Shown: positions 54,568-63,579, counted from the first letter of the stretch. The stretch is 64,000 nt of DNA from Candidatus Eiseniibacteriota bacterium (GCA_043809585.1 JBDROZ010000111.1:50320-114319), one strand, 5' to 3'. Numbers and translations are program-made. The notes: generated by a model from the sequence alone, not told the origin.

Positions 54568-55113
54568 CTACCGACCTCCTAACAGCAGCCCGATGGTAAT
54601 GACGTAGAAATTGGCGTCCGTGTCGCCCGAACCGGGGAACTCCTCGAACTCGTAGTCGAGGAAGACGTACCGGATGTCCGCGACGATCAGGGCCGACTGA
54701 CCCAACGGAAGCTCCACGCCCCCGCCGAAGTGATAGCCGAACTGGTTGTCCGTCTGGCTCTCGAGCACGAGGTCCTCGTCGTAGTCGATGGTGACGTTGT
54801 ACCAGCCGCCGCCGGCGAGGCCGTACACCACAGGCAGCGGATAGACGAGGGCGGTCGCCATGACCGGCCAGCTCTTCACCGTCACCTGATCATCGGCGTA
54901 CTTCTCCTGCCGGTAGTTGATCGAGCCCTCGACGCCGAAAAACTTCGAGAGATGGATCCGGAGGGCGCCGCCGAACATGAACTCTCCTTCGTCCGCGTCG
55001 GTCGCCTTGTAGTAACCGACCTGCGGGCCGACTCCTGTGGCCTCCGAGGCCTGAGGAACGAGGAGGAGGGTGAGCAGAGGGAGCAAGGCGACGCGGGAGA
55101 CTCTCCGAGACAT
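54568..55113 (-). CDS. OmpA-like / porin-family outer-membrane beta-barrel protein
   Basis: Start MSRRVSRVALLPLLTLLLVPQASEA at 55113 with an AAGGAGG RBS. Alternating amphipathic strands; C-terminal aromatic-rich strands. Confidence 0.6.
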   Translation of the reverse strand: MSRRVSRVALLPLLTLLLVPQASEATGVGPQVGYYKATDADEGEFMFGGALRIHLSKFFGVEGSINYRQEKYADDQVTVKSWPVMATALVYPLPVVYGLAGGGWYNVTIDYDEDLVLESQTDNQFGYHFGGGVELPLGQSALIVADIRYVFLDYEFEEFPGSGDTDANFYVITIGLLLGGR

Positions 55114-55180
55114 CGGTACCTCCTTCGATGTGAATACCCGCCCGCAGTGTAGGGCGGGATCCTGAGCAGAACAACGGAAA

Positions 55181-55335
55181 TTGCACCGATCGCAGAACTT
55201 CGGAGTGAGCGGGGGACTGGTCCCGCCCGAGCCTCCGGCTCGGAAGACAACGGACACGCCTCGGCGGGCCCTGTCCCCCGAATGTGATTCCGCGACCCCG
55301 CGGGCCATTACCTGCATTCCAGGGTGCAGAAGAGG
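55181..55335. repeat. Repeat family B copy
   Basis: cttcggagtgagcgggggactggtcccgcccgagcctccggctcggaagaca ... attccagggtgcagaagagga, co-oriented with the 28889 copy. Confidence 0.65.
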
Positions 55336-55489
55336 ACTTCAAGGAAGACTTCACCTTGGAAAGAGTAGACCCACTCCAGAGTGCAGATAAGGGGTTCGAG
55401 GACCGCGGCCACGCGCCGAGGAAGATACCTCTTCGCGGATCGAGGCCCCTGCATTACACTCGGGGGCGGTTCGTTCATGGAGGTTTGCC

Positions 55490-58474
55490 ATGCGGCCGTC
55501 CTTCAATCGTATCTGCTACCTTGCTCTTTGCGTTCTCGTCTCGATCTCCCCGGCCATCGGCCAAGTAAAACAAGACCCCAAGTTCCTTTTCGCCGACCCC
55601 TTCATCGGCACCGGCGGCCACGGACACACCTATCCGGGCGCGACAATGCCCTTCGGCATGGTCCAGGTCTCTCCCGACACGCGGCTCACCGGCTGGGACG
55701 GATGCTCGGCCTATCACTTCACCGATTCGGTCGTCTACGGCTTCAGCCACACTCATCTGTCAGGAACGGGATGCTCCGACTATGGGGACATTCTCTTGAT
55801 GCCGGGGACGGGGAGGATCTTCCTGAACAACGGCGCGGAGACGGGACCCGACTCGGGCTACGCATCCCGATTCACCCACGGTTATCCGGCGGAAGGAGCG
55901 GGGCCCGGCTACTACATGGTCCATCTCGACGACTACGATACCGACGTGGAACTGACCTGCACGGACCGCGCGGCGATGCACCGGTACAGTTTCTACGACG
56001 CCGACTCGGCGTGGGTCGTGCTCGATCTGGAGCACAGGGACGAGCTGGTCGGCTGGGACCTTCGGACGAACAGAAGAGGGGAAGTCGAAGGGTTTAGGCA
56101 ATCGAGAGCTTGGGCGAAGGACCAGTACGTCTACTTCGTCATCCAGTTCTCTAGGCCGTTCGATCTCTGGGGGCCTTTGACCCGGAAGATCGACAAGCCA
56201 ACGCCCGTCTCGACGCCCGGAATAAACGAGAAGTTTGGCCCAAAGGCTTGGTTCCTCATTCCTCAAGGCGGCGAGTTGCTCGTGAAAGTCGGAATCTCCG
56301 CCGTCGACGTGGAGGGGGCGAGGAAGAACCTCGAAGCGGAGCTTCCGGGCTGGGACTTTCAAGGGACCCGGGAGGCGGCCGAGCGTCGCTGGAACGACGC
56401 GCTGAAGCGGATCGAGATCACGGGCGGCGCGGCGGAGGAAGACAAGACCGTCTTCTACACCGCCCTCTACCACGCCCTCCTCTGCCCGAACCTCTGGTCC
56501 GACGTGGACGGGCGGTACCGGGGAATGGATAACCAGATCCATCAGGCCGAAGGCCACGACGTCTACACGGTTTTCTCCCTCTGGGACACGTACCGCGCCT
56601 CCCATCCGCTCTTTGCGATCCTGGAACCCACGCGGACCCTCGATTTCATGCAGACCTTCCTCCGCATGTACGAAGAGGGAGGGCACCTGCCGGTCTGGGA
56701 GCTCGCGGCGAACGAGACGTGGACCATGATCGGCTATCACGCGGTGCCGGCCATCGTCGACGCCTACGCGAAGGGGATCCGCGGCTTCGACACGGAGAAG
56801 ATGTGGAAGGCGATCTTGGAGAGCGCCGAGTCGGACCGGGAAGGGCTCGCCGCCTACCGGGCGAACGGCTACCTCCCTTCCGACGAGGAGGGGGAATCGG
56901 TCTCCCGCACGCTCGAGTACGCCTACGACGACTGGTGCGTCGCCCGCATGGCCGACATGCTCGGCAAGGGATACTTCCGGGAGAAGTACCTCCGCCGCGC
57001 CCAGTACTGGAAGAACCTCTTCGATCCGTCGACGAAGTTCTTCCGGGGGAAGGCGGGCGGCCGGTGGCACGAGCCGTTCGACCCGACCGAGGTGAACTTC
57101 CTCTACACCGAGGCGAACGCCTGGCAGTACCGTTTCTGCGTCCCCCAGGATGTCTCCGGTCTGATCGAGAGGATGGGGGGGGACGAGGCGTTCATCCATG
57201 AGCTCGACCTCATGTTCGACTCCTCCTCGGAGATGGCGGGGCGGGAGCAGTCGGACATCTCCGGCATGATCGGCCAGTACGCCCACGGCAACGAGCCGAG
57301 CCACCACATGGCGTACCTGTATTCGTATGCCGGCGCGCCGTGGAAGACCCAGCGCCGGGTCAGGACCATCATGGACTCCCTCTACACCACCGGCCCCGAG
57401 GGTCTCTCAGGCAACGAGGACTGCGGTCAGATGTCGGCGTGGTACGTCTTCAGCGCCCTCGGCTTCTATCCCGTGACGCCGGGGAGCACGATCTACGTCA
57501 TCGGCTCCCCCCTCTTCCCGGAGGCGACGGTCCGCCTCCCGAACGGGAACCGGATCACGATCCGCGCCGAGGGGGTCTCGGAGGAGAATGTATACATTCA
57601 ATCGGCGACACTTCAGGGCGAGCCGTACACGAAGGCATATCTGACTCACGAAGACCTGATGGCGGGAGGCGACCTTGAGTTCGTCATGGGACCGGCTCCG
57701 AACGAGTCGTGGGGGACGGGGGGCGGCGACCGGCCTGTGCAGTCGATCGATCTCTTCCCGATCACGCCGGTCCCCTACGTCGCCGAAGGGGACCTCGCCT
57801 TCGCGGACTCGACGAAGATCGTCCTTGCCGCGCCCGAGCCGGAGGCGGCCGTCTACTACACTCTCGACGGCCGCGAGCCGAACGCCTTCTCGAAGAGATA
57901 CGAGAAGCCGATCGTTCTCCGCGAATCGGCCACGCTGAAGTCGGCGGCGTGGATGGAGGGACGTCCCCAGAGCAAGACCGTGACCGCCCGTTTCGCGAAG
58001 ATCCCCGGCGGGCGAACGATCGAGCTCGGCGCGGAGTACAGCCCCCAGTACACGGGAGGAGGCGCCCTCGCGCTCATCGACGGTGTCCGGGGGAAGCCGA
58101 ACTTCCGGACCGGCGCCTGGCAGGGGTACGAAGGGGTCGACGTGGAGGCGACGGTCACCCTCGGCGGCGTCTATCCGATCCGCCGGGTCGCCGTCTCGTT
58201 CCTCGAGGACGTGGGGGCCTGGATCCTCTTCCCGAAGCGGGTGGAGATCGAGATCTCCACCAACGGGACAACGTGGGAGACCCTGTTGGACGACACGATC
58301 GAGACGGAGGAGGATTATCCCGAACCGAACATCCGGGAGTTCGCCGTGGACGGGCTCGGCGCCGAGGCGGCCTACGTCCGGCTCCGGGCGAAGAGCATGG
58401 GCGACCTTCCCCAGTGGCACCGGGGCGCGGGCGGGAAGGCGTGGGTATTCGTCGACGAGATCGCGATCGAGTAG
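55490..58474 (+). CDS. GH92 family alpha-mannosidase with C-terminal F5/8-type-C (discoidin) carbohydrate-binding domains
   Basis: Signal peptide. GH92 N-terminal and catalytic regions (GTGGHGHTYPGATMPFGMVQ, ...NEDCGQMSAWYVFSALGFYP), then a discoidin-like C-terminal 250 or so aa. Confidence 0.85.
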   Translation: MRPSFNRICYLALCVLVSISPAIGQVKQDPKFLFADPFIGTGGHGHTYPGATMPFGMVQVSPDTRLTGWDGCSAYHFTDSVVYGFSHTHLSGTGCSDYGDILLMPGTGRIFLNNGAETGPDSGYASRFTHGYPAEGAGPGYYMVHLDDYDTDVELTCTDRAAMHRYSFYDADSAWVVLDLEHRDELVGWDLRTNRRGEVEGFRQSRAWAKDQYVYFVIQFSRPFDLWGPLTRKIDKPTPVSTPGINEKFGPKAWFLIPQGGELLVKVGISAVDVEGARKNLEAELPGWDFQGTREAAERRWNDALKRIEITGGAAEEDKTVFYTALYHALLCPNLWSDVDGRYRGMDNQIHQAEGHDVYTVFSLWDTYRASHPLFAILEPTRTLDFMQTFLRMYEEGGHLPVWELAANETWTMIGYHAVPAIVDAYAKGIRGFDTEKMWKAILESAESDREGLAAYRANGYLPSDEEGESVSRTLEYAYDDWCVARMADMLGKGYFREKYLRRAQYWKNLFDPSTKFFRGKAGGRWHEPFDPTEVNFLYTEANAWQYRFCVPQDVSGLIERMGGDEAFIHELDLMFDSSSEMAGREQSDISGMIGQYAHGNEPSHHMAYLYSYAGAPWKTQRRVRTIMDSLYTTGPEGLSGNEDCGQMSAWYVFSALGFYPVTPGSTIYVIGSPLFPEATVRLPNGNRITIRAEGVSEENVYIQSATLQGEPYTKAYLTHEDLMAGGDLEFVMGPAPNESWGTGGGDRPVQSIDLFPITPVPYVAEGDLAFADSTKIVLAAPEPEAAVYYTLDGREPNAFSKRYEKPIVLRESATLKSAAWMEGRPQSKTVTARFAKIPGGRTIELGAEYSPQYTGGGALALIDGVRGKPNFRTGAWQGYEGVDVEATVTLGGVYPIRRVAVSFLEDVGAWILFPKRVEIEISTNGTTWETLLDDTIETEEDYPEPNIREFAVDGLGAEAAYVRLRAKSMGDLPQWHRGAGGKAWVFVDEIAIE

Positions 58475-58503
58475 GAGAGTGTTGATGGCTCTTCCACCCG
58501 GCG

Positions 58504-58840
58504 CCCTTCGATACGGATTCCGCTTCGCGGATCCTACTCAGGACGAACGGGTGGGGGGAACAGGACAAGACAACCGTTCGCCCTGAGTAGACTCGACCGT
58601 TCGACCCCGCGCCCCGGCGGGTCGAAGGAAGAGGCGTATCGAAGGGCCGTCCGCACCATCCGGTCCCGTATTCCTCGGGCTTGGGAGATCGTGCCCGGGG
58701 CGCATTCCTCGGGCTTGGAAGGTGGCGGGACGAACGGGTGGGGGGAACAGGACAAGACAACCGTTCGCCCTGAGTAGACTCGACCGTTCGACCCCGCGCC
58801 CCGGCGGGTCGAAGGAAGAGGCGTATCGAAGGGCCGTCCT
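58504..58840. repeat. Tandem perfect direct repeat (2 x about 112 bp, 75-bp spacer) plus a family-A-like 5' flank; highly structured
   Basis: 58541-58652 and 58728-58839 are identical. Nested stems: cccttcgatacg/cgtatcgaaggg, ctactcagg/cctgagtag, gaacgg/ccgttc, gaccc/gggtc. Confidence 0.7.
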
Positions 58841-58873
58841 CGTCATTCGGTCCGACTCACCGACGGAGGGAGT

Positions 58874-60463
58874 ATGGAGAGACCGCTCGTCGTTTTCGAG
58901 TTCCTGGACTGGTTCTGGCTCGTCGCCTTCGTGGCGCTGATGGCGGGGAGCGGGTTCCTCTTCTATCGCCTCGGCAAGCGCTCGGAGTCGGACTTCTTCC
59001 TCGCGGGCCGGGGTCTTCCCTGGTGGCTCCCCGCGTCGTCGGTCTACGCCACCCACACGGCGACGGACACGCCCATGTGGATGTCGGGCGTCATCTACCG
59101 CCACGGACTCGCCGGCCTCTGGTACAGCTTCTTCGCGGCGTGGTGCGCGGTGAGCGCCTTCGTCTCGACCAAGGTTTTCCGCCGCTCCCTCGCCTACACC
59201 CAGGCGGAGTGGCAGTCGATCCGCTTCGGCGGGCTCTCCGGCGAACTCCTCCGCGGATGGGTCGCCGGGTGGCAGGTCTTCCTCAACATGTTCATCCTCG
59301 GTTGGGTGGGCATCGCCATGGGGAAGGTGTGCGGCCTCCTCTTCGGCTGGCCCCCCTGGATCGGCCTCGTGGTCTTCTCGTCGATCTGCGCCGTCTACGT
59401 TCTCGCCGCCGGCTACTGGGGCGTGGTGATGGCGGACTTCCAGCAGGGGATCATCGCCTTCGTCGTGATCGTCATCGTCTCCTTCTGGGGGATTCACGCG
59501 GCCGGGGGGGCGGGGGCGATCGTCGACAAGCTCGGCGCCCTCGGCGAGGCGGGGAAGATGAATCCCTTCGCCTTCACGGGGGTCTTTTCGGGGGATTTCC
59601 CGCTCGCCTGGTTCGTCACCATGCTGGTGATCGGCATTCTCGGCGGCCTAGGCATGGCGACGGCGATCGACTGGTTTCCCGAAGCCCAGAGGATCCAGTC
59701 GGCCCGGACCGTCAAGGACGCGTCGTGGTGCATCTGGGCCGGCTCGGCCCTCGTCCTCGTCCGGAACGGGCTCTGGGGGGCGGCCGTACTCGGCTTCTTC
59801 GTGCTCTACCCGGAGATGACGGAGGTGAAGGAGTACGAGATGGCGTGGTTCCGCCTCGGTTTCGAGAACTTGCCGGTCGGAATGATCGGGTTCTTCTTCG
59901 CCGCCCTCGTGGCGATCCACATCTCGACCATCTCGAGCCACCTGAACCTCGGCGCCGTCTACGTCACCCGGGATCTCTACCACCACTACCTCGACCCGAA
60001 GGCAACGGAGCGAAGCCTCGTCCGGGTCGGGCGCCTCGCGACCCTCGTCCTCCTTCTCGGGTCGTTCGTCTTCGGCTCGATCATGGAGAACATCACCGAG
60101 TGGCTCATCTTCGCCCTCTGGATCATGGCGGCCGGCGTCTGGCTCCCGGGCATCCTCCAGGTGATCTGGTGGCGCTTCAACGGGTGGGGCTATCTCTCGG
60201 CGTGGATGGTGAACCTCGTCTTCTCGTGGCTCGTGGTCTGGGTGCTCCCCGCCTTCGGGGTGATCCCGAAGCTCGCCGACTACCAGCAGTTCTGGATGCT
60301 CATGATCCTCGGCGCCCTCGTCTTCATCCCCGTGACCTTCGCCACGAAGCCGGAGAGCATGGACCGGCTCGTAAAGTTCTACGTCATGTCCCGCCCCGTC
60401 GGGTGGTGGGGACCGGTCCGGCGCGAGGCGATCGCCCGGGGCCTGATCGAGGAGGTGGGATGA
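58874..60463 (+). CDS. Sodium:solute symporter family (SSF) transporter
   Basis: 529 aa, about 13 TM helices, GGAGGG RBS. SSF-like conserved region in TM1-2 (FFLAGRGLPWW). Confidence 0.85.
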   Translation: MERPLVVFEFLDWFWLVAFVALMAGSGFLFYRLGKRSESDFFLAGRGLPWWLPASSVYATHTATDTPMWMSGVIYRHGLAGLWYSFFAAWCAVSAFVSTKVFRRSLAYTQAEWQSIRFGGLSGELLRGWVAGWQVFLNMFILGWVGIAMGKVCGLLFGWPPWIGLVVFSSICAVYVLAAGYWGVVMADFQQGIIAFVVIVIVSFWGIHAAGGAGAIVDKLGALGEAGKMNPFAFTGVFSGDFPLAWFVTMLVIGILGGLGMATAIDWFPEAQRIQSARTVKDASWCIWAGSALVLVRNGLWGAAVLGFFVLYPEMTEVKEYEMAWFRLGFENLPVGMIGFFFAALVAIHISTISSHLNLGAVYVTRDLYHHYLDPKATERSLVRVGRLATLVLLLGSFVFGSIMENITEWLIFALWIMAAGVWLPGILQVIWWRFNGWGYLSAWMVNLVFSWLVVWVLPAFGVIPKLADYQQFWMLMILGALVFIPVTFATKPESMDRLVKFYVMSRPVGWWGPVRREAIARGLIEEVG

Positions 60464-60753
60464 TGGGATTCATTCGGAGATCGTGGACGCCCGCGGACGC
60501 CGAGGGATGGTCGAAGGAGGACACCATCGCCGTCGTCGTCTCGCCGCTCATTTACATGCTCCTTCTCGTCGGCGTCGCCCTCGCCGCCCTCGCCCGGCCC
60601 GCGGGTTACATCCTCACCGGGCTCGCGGTGGTTCTCATCCTGCTCCTCGTCTTCGTGATCAATCCGAAACTTTCGGCCGTTTCCGAGGAGTACGAGAAGA
60701 AGCAGAAGGAGTATCTCGAATCTCTCGACCGCAAGATGAAGTGGGAGGAGTGA
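60460..60753 (+). CDS. Small two-TM membrane protein co-transcribed with the SSF transporter (possible symporter small subunit)
   Basis: ATGA overlap with the SSF stop. 97 aa, two hydrophobic helices, KE-rich C-tail, strong GC3 bias. Confidence 0.55.
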   Translation: MMGFIRRSWTPADAEGWSKEDTIAVVVSPLIYMLLLVGVALAALARPAGYILTGLAVVLILLLVFVINPKLSAVSEEYEKKQKEYLESLDRKMKWEE

Positions 60754-60754
60754 C

Positions 60755-60886
60755 GTGAGCAACGAACTGAAGATGGTAATCGGCATGTCCCTCGCGTACG
60801 TCACTTCCTTCGCGGGGCTCCTCCTCGCGTATTGGTCGTGGAAGAAACACCACGGGAAGGGAGGTACGGAACGTGATGAACGCTGA
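60755..60886 (+). CDS. Candidate single-TM micro-protein (about 37-43 aa)
   Basis: GTG 60755 (a GGGAGGAG RBS lies 4 nt upstream) or ATG 60773. Sequence MVIGMSLAYVTSFAGLLLAYWSWKKHHGKGG; GC3-rich codons. Confidence 0.3.
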   Translation: MSNELKMVIGMSLAYVTSFAGLLLAYWSWKKHHGKGGTERDER

Positions 60887-60980
60887 CACCTTTTTCGGCA
60901 TCATCGTTCCCGGCGCCGTGTTCGTGATCTCCTTCGTCGCCACCTGGGCGCTCTACCGGCACTTTTCGGCCAAGAAATAG
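60876..60980 (+). CDS. Candidate single-TM micro-protein (34 aa)
   Basis: ATG preceded by a GGGAGGT RBS. Sequence MMNADTFFGIIVPGAVFVISFVATWALYRHFSAKK; strongly GC3-biased codons; overlaps the previous small ORF by about 11 nt. Confidence 0.3.
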   Translation: MNADTFFGIIVPGAVFVISFVATWALYRHFSAKK

Positions 60981-61007
60981 AAACAGGTGATGGATTGGGG
61001 GCTCCGG

Positions 61008-61140
61008 AGAATAGAGGGGACACAATACCGAATAGAGAATAGAGGGGACACAATACCGAATAGCGGGTTCGGTATTGTGTCCCCCGAACGGCAGGTTGGG
61101 TATTGTGTCCCCCGAATTACCTTGTGTCCCCCGAATTACC
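61008..61140. promoter_or_regulatory. Array of six copies of a 13-17-bp motif (GGGGACACAATACCGAA / TTCGGTATTGTGTCCCC), including a perfect 14-bp-arm palindrome; candidate operator or upstream activating region
   Basis: Two direct copies of agaatagaggggacacaataccgaatag, then the palindrome gacacaataccgaa-tagcggg-ttcggtattgtgtc, then ggtattgtgtcccccgaa x2 and cttgtgtcccccgaattacc x2. The region is low in GC. Confidence 0.5.
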
Positions 61141-61285
61141 CCAAGTGTTCCAATAGTCGGACAAAGGATTGCAATAAAATAGGTTAATCCGCGGCCCCCT
61201 CCGTGGCTGCCGGATTAGGCCCCGGAGTTCCCCGAATCTGCTCTCGACTTGTCGGTTGTTCGAGGCCGGGAGCTTCGGAGCGAAC

Positions 61286-61296
61286 GTGATATAATC
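61286..61296 (+). promoter_or_regulatory. Extended -10 promoter element (TGaTATAAT) for the downstream T9SS hydrolase gene
   Basis: A perfect TATAAT preceded by TGn sits about 33 nt upstream of ATG 61328, in an AT-rich leader. An AAGAGG RBS lies 6 nt before the ATG. Confidence 0.4.
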
Positions 61297-61327
61297 ATAT
61301 CTGCCGCCCCCCGAGAAAGAGGTTCAC

Positions 61328-63397
61328 ATGAGAGTGTCGGTCCGGGGGACTTTGGTCCTCCTTCTCCTGTTCGCCGCGGGGCATGCCTCCGGCGACGAGC
61401 CCCGTTCCCCCCGGGAGGTCGCTCCCCTCTCTCTTTCACGAATTCACGAACTCGACGGCCGGCCCGGGGCGCCCCCGGCGGGAGCCGTGCGGTGGCGCCA
61501 GGCCCTTCATGAGGTCCGGCTCGGCGCGGGGGAGGGGAGCGGGCTTCCTGCGGTTTCGGATGTGCGGCGAAGGGGGGAAGAGCGCGCGCGGCAGGGTGTC
61601 GTCCCGATCGCCGTCCTGGACGTTCGGGTCGAGCGAGAGGGGGGGGAGGAGCCTGTCTTCGCGGCGGCGGCGATGGTGGAGCACACCTACCGGGGGGAGG
61701 ACGTCCGCTTCGTCCTCGACCGGGAGCGGTACCTGTCGGCCGGCGATGGGCCGGGGAGAATCTCCATCGATTTCGACGACGGACGGGGCTTCCGGATGAT
61801 CGCTCCGGACGAGCCGGTCGCCGTTTATTATGGAAGCGCCGGGCGAAAGACGGTCCGCCTGATGGCGCGAAGCGCGGACGGCCTCTACAGGCACGGGTCG
61901 TTCCCCTTCGTCGTGAAGGCGCTCCAGGCGCCCCTCCCCGACGACACGCTCCAGGTCACGGCGACGGAGCCGTACCTCGGCCAGTTCGGAACGGGGGAGG
62001 CGTACGTCTACCTCAGCGACATCCACTCGACGCTGACCGATCCGGTCGTCGTTGTCGAGGGATTCGATCTCGATAACACGCTGAATTGGGACGAGCTGTA
62101 CGAGCTCCTGAACCAGCAGAACCTTGTCGAGGATCTGCGGGCCGAGGGGTACGACGCGGTGGTCCTGAACTTCACCGAGGCGACCGATTACATGCAGCGG
62201 AACGCCTTCGTGATCACCTCCCTGCTCGAGCAGGTACAGGGGATGATCGCGCCGGACCGGGACTACGCTCTGGCCGGCGCGAGCATGGGCGGTCTCGCCT
62301 CCCGGTACGCCCTCACCTGGATGGAAAACCAGGGGATCCCCCACCGGGCGCGCACGGTCCTCTCCTTCGACGCCCCCCACAAAGGGGCGAACATTCCCCT
62401 CGGCGTGCAGTACTGGGTCTCTTTCTTCTCGGGGCTGTCGGCGGAGGCGGAGTACCTGCTCTCCCGCCTCGACAGCCCGGCGGCGCGGCAGCTGCTCGTC
62501 TACCACCACACGGATCCGCCCGGCCCGTCGGGTGAGACCGACCCCCTCCGGACCGCGTTCGATGCCGAACTCGCCTCGCTGGGCGATTGGCCGGCTGCGC
62601 CCCGCAGGGTGTCGATCGTGAACGGGAGCGGATCGGGGATGAACCAAGGTTACGGAGCGGGCGCCCAGATCGTCGACTACGAGTACAGTTCGCTCTTCAT
62701 CGCGATCACGGGAAATGTCTGGGCCGTTCCGGACGGCGGCCCTTCGACGATCTTCGACGGCTACATACGGATCATCATCCCTACCGGCGATCTGACGGTC
62801 ACCGTGAGCGGCACGAAGCCGTACGACAACGCGCCGGGGGGCTTCCGGAACACCATGGCGGACATGGACTCGGTGACGGCGCCCTACGGCGACATCGTCG
62901 CCCTTCACCCGGCCCATGCATTCATCCCGACCGTGAGCGCCCTCGCTCTGGACACGGAGGATCTCTTCTATGACATCGCGGGCGATCCGAACCTGCTCTC
63001 GATGACGCCTTTCGACGCGGTCTACTTCCCGGTGGAAAACCAGGAGCACGTGACGATCACGCCGGAGAGCGCCGAGTGGTTCTTGGACGAGATCCGGCGC
63101 GACGTGTCGACGGATCTCGCCGGCTCGGCCCCGGGGCGGACGGTGCTCATGCCGAACCGGCCGAACCCGTTCAACCCGTCGACCCTGATCCGGTTCGATC
63201 TCCGGGAGCCGTCACGGGTGACGCTGAAAGTGTACGACGCTGTGGGCCGGGAGGTGTCGACCCTCGTAAGCGGCGACCGGCCCGCGGGCGCCCACGAAGC
63301 GCGCTTCGACGGGGGAAACGTCGCGAGCGGCGTCTACTTCGTCCGCCTCGAAGCGGGAGAGGATCGCTCCGTCCGGAAGATCGTTCTGGTACGATGA
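61328..63397 (+). CDS. Secreted alpha/beta-hydrolase (lipase/esterase-like, GASMGG nucleophile elbow) with T9SS C-terminal sorting domain
   Basis: Signal peptide MRVSVRGTLVLLLLFAAGHASG. GxSxG motif GASMGG. C-terminus LMPNRPNPFNPSTLIRFDL...GVYFVRL...RKIVLVR. Confidence 0.7.
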   Translation: MRVSVRGTLVLLLLFAAGHASGDEPRSPREVAPLSLSRIHELDGRPGAPPAGAVRWRQALHEVRLGAGEGSGLPAVSDVRRRGEERARQGVVPIAVLDVRVEREGGEEPVFAAAAMVEHTYRGEDVRFVLDRERYLSAGDGPGRISIDFDDGRGFRMIAPDEPVAVYYGSAGRKTVRLMARSADGLYRHGSFPFVVKALQAPLPDDTLQVTATEPYLGQFGTGEAYVYLSDIHSTLTDPVVVVEGFDLDNTLNWDELYELLNQQNLVEDLRAEGYDAVVLNFTEATDYMQRNAFVITSLLEQVQGMIAPDRDYALAGASMGGLASRYALTWMENQGIPHRARTVLSFDAPHKGANIPLGVQYWVSFFSGLSAEAEYLLSRLDSPAARQLLVYHHTDPPGPSGETDPLRTAFDAELASLGDWPAAPRRVSIVNGSGSGMNQGYGAGAQIVDYEYSSLFIAITGNVWAVPDGGPSTIFDGYIRIIIPTGDLTVTVSGTKPYDNAPGGFRNTMADMDSVTAPYGDIVALHPAHAFIPTVSALALDTEDLFYDIAGDPNLLSMTPFDAVYFPVENQEHVTITPESAEWFLDEIRRDVSTDLAGSAPGRTVLMPNRPNPFNPSTLIRFDLREPSRVTLKVYDAVGREVSTLVSGDRPAGAHEARFDGGNVASGVYFVRLEAGEDRSVRKIVLVR

Positions 63398-63579
63398 GAT
63401 TGCCTTGCGTTTCCAGTTGATTCCGGGGCTAGGTTGAGCCAACGCCCGGCGGACCTGAACTCGCGCGCGGCGGAATCCAATGGGGCGTGCCTTTATAGAA
63501 GTGAGCGTGTTTCACGATTGCCGATTGGGCAAGTCGGGTGAAGACGAAGAGACAATACTAAGGAGCGGTCTTTCCAACT

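Noticed and set aside
55471-55505. Apparent mismatch between my base-by-base reading and the ORF-track translation at the GH92 start (an extra G in a G-run and a missing C)
   Set aside because: Attributed to my own misreading of homopolymer runs rather than to biology. The ORF-track coordinates (55490..58474) were kept. Exact homopolymer lengths quoted elsewhere (the Wzy C-run, the LtaS G-run) are therefore approximate.
58541-58839. Possible CRISPR array (identical direct repeats with a spacer)
   Set aside because: Only two repeat units, each about 112 bp (far longer than the 28-37 bp of CRISPR repeats), with a single 75-bp spacer and no cas genes nearby. Interpreted as a tandem duplication of a structured element.
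61008-61140. Possible mini-CRISPR or integron attC-type array in the short-motif cluster
   Set aside because: The motifs are 13-17 bp, occur in both orientations and form a perfect palindrome. They have no unique spacers of regular length and no integrase or cas context. An operator or enhancer array is more plausible.
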